Below, one piece after another: positions 9,608-21,701 of a stretch of 38,609 nucleotides of DNA. The translations under genes were made by a program, and so were the position numbers. The notes beneath the pieces are model-generated. The model saw nothing but the letters and a program-made list of their open reading frames with translations. It made no database searches and had not been told where the DNA came from. Each line of letters starts with the position of its first letter. Within the stretch, counting starts at the first letter, position 1. Source of the DNA: Chrysochromulina tobinii (taxonomy: Eukaryota). Where the stretch lies: positions 1 through 38,609 of the forward strand of contig JWZX01003099.1 of NCBI GenBank assembly GCA_001275005.1, in the 5' to 3' direction.

Positions 9608-11375
9608 TCAATCCGTTTTCGACAGCTTGAGGGCAAAGCTCGTCGACTTGACGTTTCCGAATAGGGGCTTCACCTTCACAGGCTCGAACCCGAGCGATGG
9701 GTACAGCCGCCCATGCGCGTCCGCCTGCAACGTCGAGGTCTCCAGCACGACCCGATGATAGCCCGCTTGATCGCAGAACCGTTTGAGCTCGGCAAACAGG
9801 GCCTTAGCGACACCCGTGCCTGTGATTGGTGGCGAGCACGAAGAGTGGCACTCAATCGCAATCAGTGGTCATCAGTGGCCATCCGTGGCAATCAATCGCA
9901 ATCAGCGGTCATCCGTGGTCATCCGTGGCAAGAGCATACCCCTTGCCCAGCTCGCAACGCTCATCCGACGAAGCTCAGCATCGGTGCCATCAGCTGCGCC
10001 CCTCCACGGCGCGCTCGCCCGTTGCACGGCCACCGTGCCGCACACCTGATGGCCCGTGGCAATTCGTGGCAATTCGTGGTCATCAGTGGCAATTAGTGGC
10101 AATCAGTGGCAATCAGTGGCAATTGGTGGCAATTAGTGGTCATCAGTGGCGCTCGTCAATTCAGTGGCATCAGCCGCACACCTGCCCCGAGGCATCGTCG
10201 ATCGCCACCCAGAAGCAGGAGCCCGGAGAGCTCAGGTAGTGGGCGTAGGGACTTTTCATGTCGTCCTCCAGACACGAGTTGACGTAGTTGCTCGCGAGCC
10301 TTTGAGGGGCCAGCCAATAGACGAGAGCGCTGCACACAAGGGCGAAGCACAGCCCGAGGGCCGCCGGCATCGCAGCAGCTTCAATCTTGAGGTGGGCCGG
10401 CGACGGGGTCTTGAAGGCTGTGACGGTAGCGGCCTGCGCCATGCCGAGGCCGAAGAGCTGCATCGCCATCGCCCAAACCCAATTGCGCGCAATCACACCG
10501 AGGGCGGCCAGAAGGGCCAGCGAGAGAGCCGCCGCACGTCTACACGGCTGCACAAGCTCGGCACGGAGGCCCGAGATGATCGTCTCGTGCATGCCACTCG
10601 CGAATAGGGCAACTGCCGCCGCCTCGTCGTCGGGTCGCAGCACACGCAGGACTAGACCGGGCACGCGCTGTGAAGGCACGAGCTGTGAAGGTACCGGCTT
10701 GGGCGGTGGCCTCGCATCACCGTCGTCACGGTCGGCCGCCTCGCCAGCGGACGCCGACGATGCCGCCGCCGACGACGAAGATGACGACACCTCGTCCAGC
10801 AGCCGCCGGAGCGTCCTCAAGGGGAGGCCGATGACGGCGTCACGTGCGCCTTCCAACCGAGTCACATATGGAGCAAAGAGCGGATCGTCGATGGCGAACG
10901 CACCCGACGAGTTGTAGATGCGTCCTTGCGCGATGGCCTCGTCGATCGTCGACTCGGGGAAGGAGTCGAAGCTCACCGACGCAATCTCGTTTGCAGCGCG
11001 CCGCTCGCCCGTCTTCAAATTGTGGACCACGCAGCCGTTTACACACTCAGCCTTGGAGCCAGCCTGGTAGCTTGCGAGGAATCGGCGTGCCTCTGCTTCG
11101 GATGTGGGCTTCTCGCGGATGCAACCGTCACACACTACGACTTGGTCCATGCAGATCAGGAGCGCATCAGCCGCCGGATCCTCGCTGAGCATCTGCTCCA
11201 CCAACGCATCCGCCTTGGCATTGGCTATCAGCCGGGTGAGAGTCTGTGCGTCAGTGTGCCGAATAGCATTCTCATCTATGTCGGGCGATCGGAACGAGCT
11301 GCGCTCTAGCGGAAAGTGTTCCTCAAAGAGCGCGCGGCGGAAGGCGGACGAGGAGCCGAGAACAAGTCGTGGCAT
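9608..11375 (-). CDS. Maf-family nucleotide pyrophosphatase fused to a NAT8/camello-like GNAT acetyltransferase; exons 11375-10182, 10045-9940 and 9819-9608, about 503 aa
   Basis: Maf motifs: LVLGSSSAFRR, PDIDE, ANAKA, LLICMDQVV, IREKP, SGAF and VIGLP. GNAT motifs: TM segment, YVNSCLEDDM..PGSCFWVA, AELRRMSVASWARGTGVAKAL, VVLETSTLQ and LYPSLGF. Two GT-AG introns join the exons in frame. Confidence 0.8.
9820..10181 (-). repeat. Two introns (9939-9820 and 10181-10046) filled with 10-bp TGATTGCCAC/TGATGACCAC-type arrays
   Basis: On the + strand, repeated gtggcaatca/gtggtcatca units at a 10-bp period flank the 106-bp exon. Confidence 0.85.
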
Positions 11376-11572
11376 GTCGCGCCCGGAACAGCGCGTCGGT
11401 TGAGCCGGGAAAGAACACTTAACGGTTCAGCATCGTACAAAACACGCACACAACTTCACACACAACTTCACACACCTCTGAATGCGCATGAAAATGGCAA
11501 GGGAAGGACAGGCGATGGTGTGTGTCTGGTCGAGTGGGCCCTGAACGAACGAACGAACGGACTGGCGTGAAA

Positions 11573-12547
11573 ATGGAGCCTCAAGAGACGATCTTGTCCG
11601 ACATGCACGTCCGCGCGACAAGCGGCACGACAAGTTACACGTGGCTCGACCCCGCCTGCGTCGCCGGCGATGACAGTATCTCGAGCTGCGCCGTTGATGC
11701 GGATGGCGACGTCGCGGTCAAGCGACGGCGGCGCAGCAGATGCTTGCAACTGGCTCACTCTAAGGACGGTACATCGTTGGCGGATGTTGGCTTGCAGGTA
11801 TGGCGCGGCGCGCTGCTACTGTGTGATTATCTCATCCACCACGCAGAGCGCTTTCGAGGGCCTCCTTCCGAGCTGGTCGTTCTCGAGATGGGCAGCGGCT
11901 GCGGCCTCTGCAGCCTGATGGCGGCCCAGCTCGGTGCGAGGCTGGTGTACGCCACCGACGTGGGCGACGGCGTGCTGCACAACCTGAGTGCCAACGTGGA
12001 TGCCAACGGACTCCATGACGTACGCGTGCGCGCATTCGATTGGTGCCTACCATGGGTGCCAGGCGACTGGCGGGAGGACGCAGCTGTTGCCTCGTCGTAC
12101 AACTGGCGAGCGAGCGATCGAGCGGCGCTGAGTCACCCACAGCGCGTTATGATACTCGCTGCAGACGTAGTGTACGATGATGACCTCACGGCCGCCTTCA
12201 TCGTCCGACTCGCCGACGTGTTCCGATGGATGCAATCGAGGGTGGAGGGAGAGGGTTCGGCTGCGCGCGAGGTAACGGCCGTCGTCGCCATCGAGAGGAG
12301 ACTGAATTTCGTCCTCGATAGTCTATCTACGTGCGCGCCGGCTGCTGAGCACTTTGAAGCCCTGCTGGCCACGGCGCTCAAAGCGGGCGGTGCGATGGCG
12401 GCGCTGCGGCTCGACGAGCCGCCCCTCGGCGCGCTGCCACAGGCAATGGCGTACGAGCGATGCCCGCAGCTGGCACTGTACGAGCTGTCGCTGCTACCCG
12501 CGGTCGGTGCGGGCGCGTGTGGCGGAACAGAGCGCGCAACATGCTAG
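11573..12547 (+). CDS. METTL22: Methyltransferase-like protein 22 (family-16 lysine methyltransferase)
   Basis: ILSDMHV, DADGDVAVKRR, TSLADVGLQVWRGALLLCDY, VLEMGSGCG, ILAADVVYDDDLT and AIERRLNF match the METTL22 pattern. Confidence 0.8.
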   Translation: MEPQETILSDMHVRATSGTTSYTWLDPACVAGDDSISSCAVDADGDVAVKRRRRSRCLQLAHSKDGTSLADVGLQVWRGALLLCDYLIHHAERFRGPPSELVVLEMGSGCGLCSLMAAQLGARLVYATDVGDGVLHNLSANVDANGLHDVRVRAFDWCLPWVPGDWREDAAVASSYNWRASDRAALSHPQRVMILAADVVYDDDLTAAFIVRLADVFRWMQSRVEGEGSAAREVTAVVAIERRLNFVLDSLSTCAPAAEHFEALLATALKAGGAMAALRLDEPPLGALPQAMAYERCPQLALYELSLLPAVGAGACGGTERATC

Positions 12548-13001
12548 AACATGCTAGGTGCGAACGATGTCTCGCTCATTTCCGGTCGTCACGTCATGCG
12601 GTATTGGGTATACGTAACTATCGGGAATTTAATAATAAAAATAATATTCGCGGGTATGTTATCCGACTCACACGAGAACCCGCGGCAAGAAAACGGCGGA
12701 AAAGTCAAAAGAAACCCGCAACCGCAATGGGCAATGCCATGGATCACCCGAACACATACGCGCGTGCACGCTCGCGGTCTGGCCAAGGAGCACGGCAAGC
12801 TAGGTCGCGACCGTTCCAGTTGACTTCGGCCCAGTTCGATACATGCCCATCCGCCTCGGCCCGCCTCCGCGACGCCGCGACGGCCTCGATCCTCTCTCTC
12901 ACCTCTCTCTCATGCCATGATTGTGGGAACTCGCCAGCTCCTGCCACGTGCCCCGCGTCTCGCGCTATAGCCTGAGCGGCGGCCCCTGAGCGGCGGCGGC
13001 C

Positions 13002-13186
13002 CGTCATGTTCCCTCCCGTGTCCTGAGTGGCGGCTCGTAGTGCTCCCTTGAGGGCGTTGCATGCAGGCTGATGGGCCTGCATGAACATGCCACGTCATGT
13101 TCCCTCCCGTGTCCTGAGTGGCAGCTCGTAGTGCTCCCTCCTCGGCCGCGTGTGCCGCCCATCAGCCTGCATACAACGCCCTCAAG
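13002..13186. repeat. Interleaved 47-bp direct repeat and 30-bp inverted repeat in intergenic DNA
   Basis: Direct repeat 13002-13048 vs 13093-13139 (1 mismatch); inverted repeat 13047-13076 vs 13157-13186 (1 mismatch). Confidence 0.85.
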
Positions 13187-13333
13187 CGCGTCGCTTCGAG
13201 CGCGTCGCACGTTCATCTCCATCCTCCTTCCGTTGACGAAACGCGTTCATCGTAACGTCGCTCGTTCATCTCCATCCTCCTTCCGCGCGCACGGTACCGC
13301 TAACGTGCACAGTGCACGGAGTGTGGTGGACTT

Positions 13334-13364
<31 letters not shown>

Positions 13365-13512
13365 GGGCGTTCGATGGGGCGCTCGCTGGGGCGGATATGG
13401 GGCGGTTATGTGGCAGTTGTAGGGCGGTTATGGGGCGGTCGCTGCATTCCGTCCTCTCGGCCGCTGCGATGCTGGTATGCCCATGACGATGAGCGCCACT
13501 GCTCAGGGCTGC

Positions 13513-16500
13513 TCACGACGCCTTGTCCGCCGCGGGGACTGCCGCGGGGGCCAGATCGAGCGGTTTGAGGACGTGATGGCTGGGCAGCGGCGCGCGTTTG
13601 GGCGGCAATCCACCTGCGAGCGCATTGATCGCGCCAGCGCCGTCGCGCGAGAGACGCGTCTCCATGAAGCCACTGAGCTTCTGCCGCTTGGCGCCGCTGC
13701 CGCCCGAGGTGCTGCTCCGCTTGGCGCGCGTGGCCGCCTTGCGCTTCGTGTTCGAAAACCACACGTCCTCGGTCTTGTAGACGAAGCGTAGCTTGCACGT
13801 CGACGTGGCGATTCGACTCTCGAGGCCGTTGCGCAAGACTGTCGCGTCCCATCGACGCTGCTTGGTGCTCGCGGTGCGACGCAGCAGCATGCGAGATCGC
13901 TTCTCGCGCGTGACGAGCACAAAGGACTTGGTCAGCTCCGCGGCCTCAGCCTTGGCCACCTCGTCCTCCTCGTCCTCGTCCTCGTCCTCGCCCTCCTCGA
14001 CGTCGTCGTCGTCCGACAAATCCTCCTTCTCGGGCAAGAAGGAGAGGACGAGCGCGCCGCCATGCACGCCGCCAGCCGCATAGAGCTGGTCCATGCAGAA
14101 GCAGTCGTCACCCTCGAGCACCATGCGCGCGTTCGAGCGGTACGTGCCCTCCGAGAGTGACCCCGGCAGCGCGCGGCATCGCTCGTACGTGTAGAGCTCG
14201 AGCAGTGTCTGTGAGGCTTCCTCCACGAGCAACATCTGGAGCTGCTTGAGCGCCTGCGAGATCACCTTGTGCAGCGTGAAGAGCGAGTACGCATTCGTGC
14301 CGAGCAGCGTGCGCAGCACGTCCTCGTACGCCGAGGCCTCCATCTTACCATCGATGAGCTGGCGCAGGCACGAGATGAAGGCGAGATACATGTCGCCCTT
14401 GCACTCGTCACGAATCCGCTGCAGCTCGCTCGCGCGGTTGAGCGCTTCGGCCGACGCTTCATCGACGCCGTTGGCCGCGCTGCTGCTCGCCGCCGCCGCA
14501 TCGGCCTTGGAGGCCGCCGCCTCCGCGTCCGTGATCTGGCGCGACGCGTACTCCTTGGCCGCCTTGGCCGCCATGTCCTTGGCTGCGTCCAGCCGCATCA
14601 GGATGATATGGTACAGGCGCACGAAGATGTAAAAGTGCGAGTTGCCAATGAACTTCTGGTGGGACGTCTTCGAGTAGCTGAGCGGCATGAGCCAACGACT
14701 CTCGGGCGGCCGCGCGTCACGGGTCGCCGCCTCCTCGCCCACATCCGCCGACACGATCAGGAGGGGCTTGTGCCTCCTGGGCGGAGTCGTCTCCTGCGGA
14801 TCAACGTCCATCGCGTCGGCCGCGGCCGCCGACGAGTCGGAGGCGACGGCGGCCGTGCCGGCGGCCGTGCCGTCGGCGGCGCCGCCCTCGCTCGCCTTGC
14901 GCGCAAGCACCTCGGCGTCCGCGTCGGGGCACACAAAGAACTTTCGCACAAAGTTCTTCCAGAAGGCGCGCAGCTTCTCGTCGATGTCGCCCTCGACGAC
15001 GCTGAAATTGAGCTTGGCGCCGAAGGTCATCAGCGCCAGCGTGTCGTTGTGGAGCTCGGCGAGCGTCGCCGCCTTGACCGTGAACGGCAGCGTGAGCGAC
15101 GTGGGCGGCGCGAGCGGCGGCAGCGAGCCCTCACCGCTCGCGCCTGCCGCCTTGTTGGCCGCGGCCGCGGCCGCCGCGCTCGTCTCTTCGTCCCCAAGGG
15201 TGGCTCGCAACGCGGCGGCGTTCTCGCCGTCGGCATTCTCGCAGAGCGCCTTGAGCTCCATCACCATTTGCTTGCCCGAAAAGTTCTTCTTGTCGCCCTG
15301 CTTGAAGTAAAACGAGCGATGGTCGAGCGCCTTCGTGTAGTTCTTCTCGTACACCTCCTTCCACGTCTTGCCGCACTGGCGGCGCAGCTCCCGCCACTCC
15401 TCGTCCTTTTGCCTCAGCCGAGTCAGGAGAGGCGCGACCGCGGCCGCCGGGCACTTGTGCATCATCTCGATGACCTGCGCGCCCTGCGCGCCGTAGAGCC
15501 GCCGGATAGACTTGCAGTGCATCGCGGAGAGCACCTGCGGCAGTTTGTACCGACGCTTCTCCTGCTCCGAGAAGCGCTCGATCTCGAGCGAGATTGTGGT
15601 CAGGTACGTGAGTGTGCACTGGTTGGTCTCGATGGTCGTGTCGAGCTCGAAGCGCTCGTCCTCGGCGCGGAAGATGCACTCCTCGTACTGGTTCTTGCGC
15701 AACGTCTTGAAGTTGAGATCCTCGGTGCCCGTCGCGACGCTCACCCAGGTGTCGTTGAGCACCAGCGTCTCGAGAGGTCCGCGGCCCGATGAGGGCGGCA
15801 CCGGGTGCGTGTCGGGCAGCTGGCGGTACGAGGTGCCGTGCCGGCGCATCGTCGTGAAGTCGAGCTCGCGGAAGTTGCCGCCCTCAGCCATGGGGGCCGA
15901 AGAGGTCGCCGGCGGCGACGGCACGTCGCGCGTCTGCTGCTCCACACCGCCCGAGTAGCCGAGGAGTTTGCGGAAGGTGCCGAAGAGCTCAAACTGGGAG
16001 CGCTTGAAGAGGTCGTGCACGAGCGTGAGCAGCTCAGACCGGTCGAGCACCTGCTGCGAGTACAAGTTGAGACACTTGAGCAGCTCGAGGTAGAGCGGCT
16101 TGGGCATCCGATTGCGACACTTGGAGAAGAACTCGGCCTCGGGCGAACGAGCGGCGGCGTCCACCCGCTTGCTCTCGTCCTTGCGGCCGGGCGGGGGCGG
16201 CCCGCCGCCGGGGCCATTGCGACGCTTCTGCCAGAAGCGCTCATCCTCCTCCTCCACCGGGCCGACTGGGCGCGGGCCGCCTGGACCGCTCATCGGCGCT
16301 CCGCCCTTGGCGCCAGGCCGCTGCGCCACGGGCTGCTTGAGGCCGCCTCCCATGCCACCCATGGGCGGTCCAAGCAGGCCACCCTTGCCCTTGCCCTTGG
16401 GCCCTCCGAGCAGCCCGCCCGCCTCGGGCGAGCCGTCGGGCAGGAACTGTGAAAACTCGCTGAGCAAGTCGGTATGGCTCTTGAAGAGGTGAGAGACCTG

Positions 16501-17903
16501 CTCGTACACCTCCTTGATGGTCTTCTGCTCCTTTTGGTACGTGTGCAGGATTTCGAGGAAGGCCTTGTACGTCTCGGGCTGCTTGGCGAAGCGCGTCTTA
16601 ATCTTGGTCACGTAGTTGATCGCCTGGTCGAACTCGATGGGGGCCTTCTTGTTGGCAGGGGCCGCGGGCGGGCCAGGCGGAGCGGTGTCCATCGGCTGGC
16701 CACCCATCCGGTCGTACCCGACGGGCCCCACCCCAGCCGCCCCGTGCGGCACCGAGAGCGGCACGGGCTGCTGCACCTGCGCCTGCACCGCCGCCGCCGC
16801 GTGCGCCGCGTTCATCTGCGCAAAGCCCTGCGGCTGTGGTCCTGTCATCCCTGGCGGATACTTGAGCTGCACGCGCGGCTTGTTCTCGTCTTCCGAAAAC
16901 TCGATCTTGTACCCGGGCGGCTGCGAGCGAGACGGCACCAAAGCGCACCACCACACGGTCGGCGGTGCGAGCGTCGCGCGGCGCGCGCCACCGATGCGAA
17001 GTGCCTTTGGGGGGGGAGGCTAGCGAGCAGCTGGGTGCAAAGCTGGGCGCTGTGCAGCGGGGCGCCGTGCAGGGCGCCGTGTTGGGCGCACCAGGAAGGT
17101 GTTGAAGCCGAGAATGAGCTCGCGGTGGCCAAAGAAGAGGTTGAGCACGCGGTCGATGACGCCCGGCGTGTCAATGCTCTGCGCCTTGAACTCCTTCATG
17201 ATGTCGAGGAACTGCCACAGGACGCGCGCGCACGCGAGATTTCGTCAATAAGCCGGCGTGTGCGCGTGCGCGACGCGCGCACGAGAGTGTCCATCACAAT
17301 GGCGCCGGGCGCGACGCGGCTCCGGCGTGCGGCGCACGCGCCATCGAGACAAGGCGCGCGCGCGCAAGCGCATACCTTGTTGTAGATCTGAGGCTGCTTC
17401 TCGAACTTCATCTTGACTTGGTCCAGATACGCGAGGGCGTCCTCAACCTTGAGCTGACGGTAAGGCTGCGGTTGAGCCGCCGGGCCGCCGGGTGCCATGG
17501 GCACGTTGCCACCAGGGAGCGGGCCCTGCGGCTCGTACTTGATTGGCGCGTCGGGCATCGACACACCGCCGCGATCAGGCTGCTGCCCACCCATCACGCC
17601 TGGATTCGGAGCGCCTGGCATGGGGCCAGGCCCGCCCGGGGGACCCTGTCGTCCGGGCTGTTGCATGGGGGGCATTCCCGAGGTGGGTGGGAGCTGGCCC
17701 ATTGGCATTGGCGGCCGCGAATCGCCCTGCGGCGCCGAGATTCCAGCGTGAGGCGCAGAGGATGACAGAGGCGGGAGGATGGGTGCCGACCCCCCGGCCA
17801 TCGCGGGGTTTGGTGGCGCGGCGCTTTCGGCAGGCTTGTCTGACATGGTGGCGGGCTCGGTTGTGGGTGCGGTGTCCATGGACTCGTGCTTGATCTCAGA
17901 CAT
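13513..17903 (-). CDS. SIN3: Paired amphipathic helix co-repressor Sin3; exons 17903-17376, 17211-17092 and 16920-13513, about 1351 aa
   Basis: PAH1 [14 protein letters not shown]...[12 protein letters not shown]...GFNTFL|PPGYKI; PAH2 [19 protein letters not shown]3; HDAC-interacting region [28 protein letters not shown]-terminal [21 protein letters not shown]. Two phase-0 GT-AG introns. Confidence 0.93.
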
Positions 17904-18247
17904 CAGGGCCCGTCAAGTGCGTCTTCTCCGCGCCAGAAATCTTGCCAAAGGAAATCCGAGGAAAATAGCGAAGCCGAAGAACGGAAAGCCTACGCCGAGA
18001 CAGCGCGTTTTGCTCAAACGACATTCAGAAACGGAAGTAAGGAAAACGATACTAGCAGAGACGACCAGTACCTACCTAACGGGTGTCGCTCTGATAACTG
18101 TCATCTCGTAACCAAACTTTTGCACTGTGAAAACGGTATGAATCGCGGTTCCGCGTTGGCAAAATACAAACCAGGGCGGAGGATCTGGGTGACCACAAGA
18201 GAGGCCTTACCCACGGAAACGGCGCGCGTCGGCAAGTATTGCTTGCG
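17904..18247. promoter_or_regulatory. Putative bidirectional promoter between Sin3 and the CXC gene
   Basis: A 344-bp, lower-GC gap between divergent start codons; no specific element identified. Confidence 0.5.
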
Positions 18248-20335
18248 ATGGCGGAGCGCGACCTCTTCTCGATGCCCTCGGGGCTCGTGCCCAAGCCCTC
18301 GCCCTCGGCGCAGGGCCGCAAGCCGCCCTCCACGGTTGGAGAGAAGCGCAAGACGTGCAATTGCCGCAACAGCAGATGCCTCAAGCTCTACTGTGAGTGC
18401 TTCGCGTCGGGCCAGTACTGCTACGGGTGCAACTGCCAGAGCTGCTTCAATAATCCCGAGAACGACGAGCTGCGCAAGCAGGCCATCGAGTCCACGCTCG
18501 AGCGCAACCAGCAGGCGTTCCGGCCAAAGATCTCGAGCACCGAGCAGGCATCGAGTGCGCATAACCGCGGCTGCAACTGCAAGAAGTCGGGGTGCCTCAA
18601 GAAATACTGCGAGTGCTTTCAGGCGGGTATCAAGTGCGCGGACACGTGCAAGTGTGTCAACTGCCTCAACCGGAACGAAGGCCAGAAGGTTGTGCTGCCA
18701 TCGCCGGCACCAAAGCGCCAGCGCACTGCGACGGGCGCAGCTGCGGGCGCGACGCCGGCATCGCGCCTGGGCAGCGCGAGCGACGGCTTGATCACGCCAC
18801 GCGCCGCCTCTGAGCACCTCTCGGCCAGCCACCGCCTCGCCATCAGTCGCTCGCTGCTGGCGACGCCCACGGCACCCGCACTCCCGACGCCGCTCCAGCT
18901 CGCGCGAGTGGCAGTTGGGGAGTGCCTGTCGGACGAGCTACTCGAGGGGCTGTACGGCGCGCTGCTCGACCCCGAGATCGCCGCGATGCATCCCGAGCAA
19001 CAGGAGGCCGCCGTCCTCAGCCTCGTCCACAGGGCGCTGCACCAAGCGCTCAGCGCGGCGCGGCGGGCGGCCTCGCACCATCTTCCCACAGCAAGCGCCG
19101 CGCCGAGCGCCTCGCACCATCTTCCCACAGCAAGCGCCGCGCCGAGCGCCTCGCACCATCTTCCCACAGCAAGCGCCGCGCCGAGCGTCATCAGCAGCAG
19201 CAGCGGCGCCGTCGCCGCAATGCCCACGCCCGCGCAAGTGACGGCGCCCGTGCCCATGACAGCGCCCGCGGCAGCGCCTGTCGCCGGGAGCGCAGGCGCC
19301 GTCATGGGTGCCGCCCAGTCAGCGGTTCATTGGCCGCACCCGCGGGCCCCTGCAGCTGAGTTCCGCGCCGCGGTTGCCGCTGCGGCTGCGCCCGTGACGG
19401 CGCCCGCGCCCGTGACAGCGCCTGTGTCGGTTGCCGCTGCGGCTGCGGGCAACGACGCGGCGCCGACTACCGGCAACGGGGGCGCGGCGATGAGCAACGG
19501 GGGCGCGGCGCCTGGCGCGGCTGGCGGTGCGTGCCCCTCGGGTGGACCTTGGAAAGGAGCGCCCACCGCCGCAGCCGCCACCGCAGCCGCAGCCGCCACC
19601 ACCACCACCACCACCACCACCGCAGCCGCAGCCGCCAACGCCACCGCCACCACCACCACCACCACCGCCACCACCACCACCACGAGCGTTGGCGGTCGAC
19701 CTGTGCCTTGGGCGCCGTCTCGGGCGTCGATCGTCCCGCCCGCCACCGTCCCACCCCCGAGCGTCGCACCCGGTGCTACCGCTGCTGCCGCCGGCGGTGG
19801 TTTCGCACCCTTGGCCCTGAGTGGCGCCGCCGTGCCGGGTGCTGGCGCTGTGTCGGGCACAACACGCGGCGCTGTGTCGGGCTCCGTCCATCGCGCTGTG
19901 TCGTGCACAACCTGCGGCGCTGTGTCGGGCACATCCGGCGGCGCTGTGTCGGGCACAGCCAGCGGCGCCAGCTATGCGGGTGGGTCGAGCTGGACGAGCG
20001 TCGTGACGAAACCCGTGCCGAGCGCCGTTCCGAGCGCCATCAAGGGTGGCATCCAGTGGCCCTCGAGCGAGCCAGCAGCCTCCTCAGTAGCCTCGAAGCC
20101 CGGGCGATCTCGACCCAATGAGATTCGCAATCTCGGCAATCTCGTGCCGATGCATCAACTGCCGAGCAGCAAGGTCCCGCCAACCGCGGCCATAGCTGCG
20201 ACCATGCAACAGCCATCAACGCTCTCGTCGTCGGCGGCGCCGACGCACCCGCCGACGCTGGCGGCGGGGCCATCACAGCAGCAGCCTCAGCAGCAGCAGC
20301 CGACGCCGCAGCCGCACCAGCCGCACCGGAAGTAG
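18248..20335 (+). CDS. Tesmin/TSO1/LIN54-like CXC (CRC) domain DNA-binding protein with a long Ala/Thr/Pro-rich C-terminus
   Basis: [19 protein letters not shown]...CFN, linker [10 protein letters not shown], and [30 protein letters not shown] form a canonical CXC-hinge-CXC. Confidence 0.9.
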   Translation: MAERDLFSMPSGLVPKPSPSAQGRKPPSTVGEKRKTCNCRNSRCLKLYCECFASGQYCYGCNCQSCFNNPENDELRKQAIESTLERNQQAFRPKISSTEQASSAHNRGCNCKKSGCLKKYCECFQAGIKCADTCKCVNCLNRNEGQKVVLPSPAPKRQRTATGAAAGATPASRLGSASDGLITPRAASEHLSASHRLAISRSLLATPTAPALPTPLQLARVAVGECLSDELLEGLYGALLDPEIAAMHPEQQEAAVLSLVHRALHQALSAARRAASHHLPTASAAPSASHHLPTASAAPSASHHLPTASAAPSVISSSSGAVAAMPTPAQVTAPVPMTAPAAAPVAGSAGAVMGAAQSAVHWPHPRAPAAEFRAAVAAAAAPVTAPAPVTAPVSVAAAAAGNDAAPTTGNGGAAMSNGGAAPGAAGGACPSGGPWKGAPTAAAATAAAAATTTTTTTTAAAAANATATTTTTTATTTTTSVGGRPVPWAPSRASIVPPATVPPPSVAPGATAAAAGGGFAPLALSGAAVPGAGAVSGTTRGAVSGSVHRAVSCTTCGAVSGTSGGAVSGTASGASYAGGSSWTSVVTKPVPSAVPSAIKGGIQWPSSEPAASSVASKPGRSRPNEIRNLGNLVPMHQLPSSKVPPTAAIAATMQQPSTLSSSAAPTHPPTLAAGPSQQQPQQQQPTPQPHQPHRK
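19070..19186 (+). repeat. Coding tandem repeat, 3 x 39 bp ([13 protein letters not shown])
   Basis: Unit gcctcgcaccatcttcccacagcaagcgccgcgccgagc occurs three times in tandem. Confidence 0.95.
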
Positions 20336-20975
20336 AGAGGAAAGAGAGAGTCTCGAAGAGTAGAAGACTACCGAGTACCATACTGTGGGAGGTGTGGGTG
20401 CCTGGCTGCCTGCGCCCCGGCCGTTCGGCTGTTCGCACCGGCCGAGCGCGAGTGGCCCGAGAGCCATGACAGAGATCGCTGATCCTGCATCCTCGCCTCG
20501 GGTGTCGGGATCGGATCCGTCAGCGCGCATCGTCCACGGTCCGGTCTCCCCGGCGGATCCGGTGGATTCCGCTGCACGCGGTTCGGACGCGTCGGCCGTC
20601 GCGGCCGTAATATTCGTTATGTTTATTTTTATTATATTTGGGGATTTTTTGTCCGGTCGTTCGAGGACGCATCATCTCGCATCGGTTTAATAATAATGAA
20701 ATGTAAATTCATACATATGTCGCGGCTTGCCGCGCTTGCGGCTGCGCGCCGCGGCCGCTCGACCGCTTCGATTTCGCTTTTGTCCCGCTCGCGCTCCGCG
20801 CGTGTTACCACGTTCGCTTAAGCCGGCCGGGTGTACACGATTGTATATAACATATGGAACGTTTCCTTAAAAGATAGCGCGCCTACCTTCGGATGCGCCT
20901 CCCGGTCCTCCTACTCATACTACACGGCGCACCACGGTCAGACTCTCTCTGTCTACGAGCTATGTATCAGTATAA

Positions 20976-21701
20976 CTAAGGGCGCACAAAGGCATGTGGG
21001 CTCGCATGCCTCATCGCGTCCGCCAGGGCCTCGGGTATCGCGCCCGGCTTGGCCCAGATCTTGGGTCGCAGGAGCAGCCGGTACACAGTATTGAGCAGCA
21101 GGGCCGTGGGCAACCAAGCCACGACGGACGTGACCGCGCGCCCAAGGTGCCCCCCATTCGCGAGGACGCCAGGAACGACGGCTGCTGCGAGGTGTTCGCC
21201 AAAGGTGGTGGAGAAGCTCACTCGGTGGTAGCGGCCACCGCTCGGAAGCTGTGTGGTCATGCTCATGTAATTGATGAGGAAGCCGATGCGAGAACCGCCC
21301 CAGAAGACGTGCTGCTGCTCATCCATCGATCCGTCCGGATGGATGGTGACTGTCACACGCCTCCCCTCACTGATGATTGTGCCGCGCAAAGTGAATCCCG
21401 GCCGCCACTGCCGCAACAAAGCCTGGCTGAGATGAGCGTTGAACGCTTTGCTGGCCTTGTCAAAGTCAAAGCCGCCGAGAATGTCCGCGTCGCTGCTGCA
21501 TCCGCCTTGGTCGTAGAGAGCTCTCTTAGACTCGTTGCCGAGCACGTCATAGGCTGCAGCCACCTTGCGAAAGAAACTCGCGGCAACCTCGTCGCCGGGA
21601 TTCTTGTCTGGGTGGCTCAGCAACGCTTGCTTGCGATACGCCTTCTTGATCTCCGCGGCCGAGGCACATCGATCCACTCCGAGGACCTCGTACAGGGACA
21701 T
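20976..21701 (-). CDS. DnaJ/Hsp40 J-domain protein (type III) with a hydrophobic C-terminal segment
   Basis: [33 protein letters not shown]...AAYDVLG..KRALYD, with an intact HPD motif. Confidence 0.85.
   Translation of the reverse strand: MSLYEVLGVDRCASAAEIKKAYRKQALLSHPDKNPGDEVAASFFRKVAAAYDVLGNESKRALYDQGGCSSDADILGGFDFDKASKAFNAHLSQALLRQWRPGFTLRGTIISEGRRVTVTIHPDGSMDEQQHVFWGGSRIGFLINYMSMTTQLPSGGRYHRVSFSTTFGEHLAAAVVPGVLANGGHLGRAVTSVVAWLPTALLLNTVYRLLLRPKIWAKPGAIPEALADAMRHASPHAFVRP

Noticed and set aside
12744..13222. Small minus-strand gene between METTL22 and Sin3
   Set aside because: The ORFs are short, run through the repeat structure, have no recognisable motif, and I found no convincing splice model.
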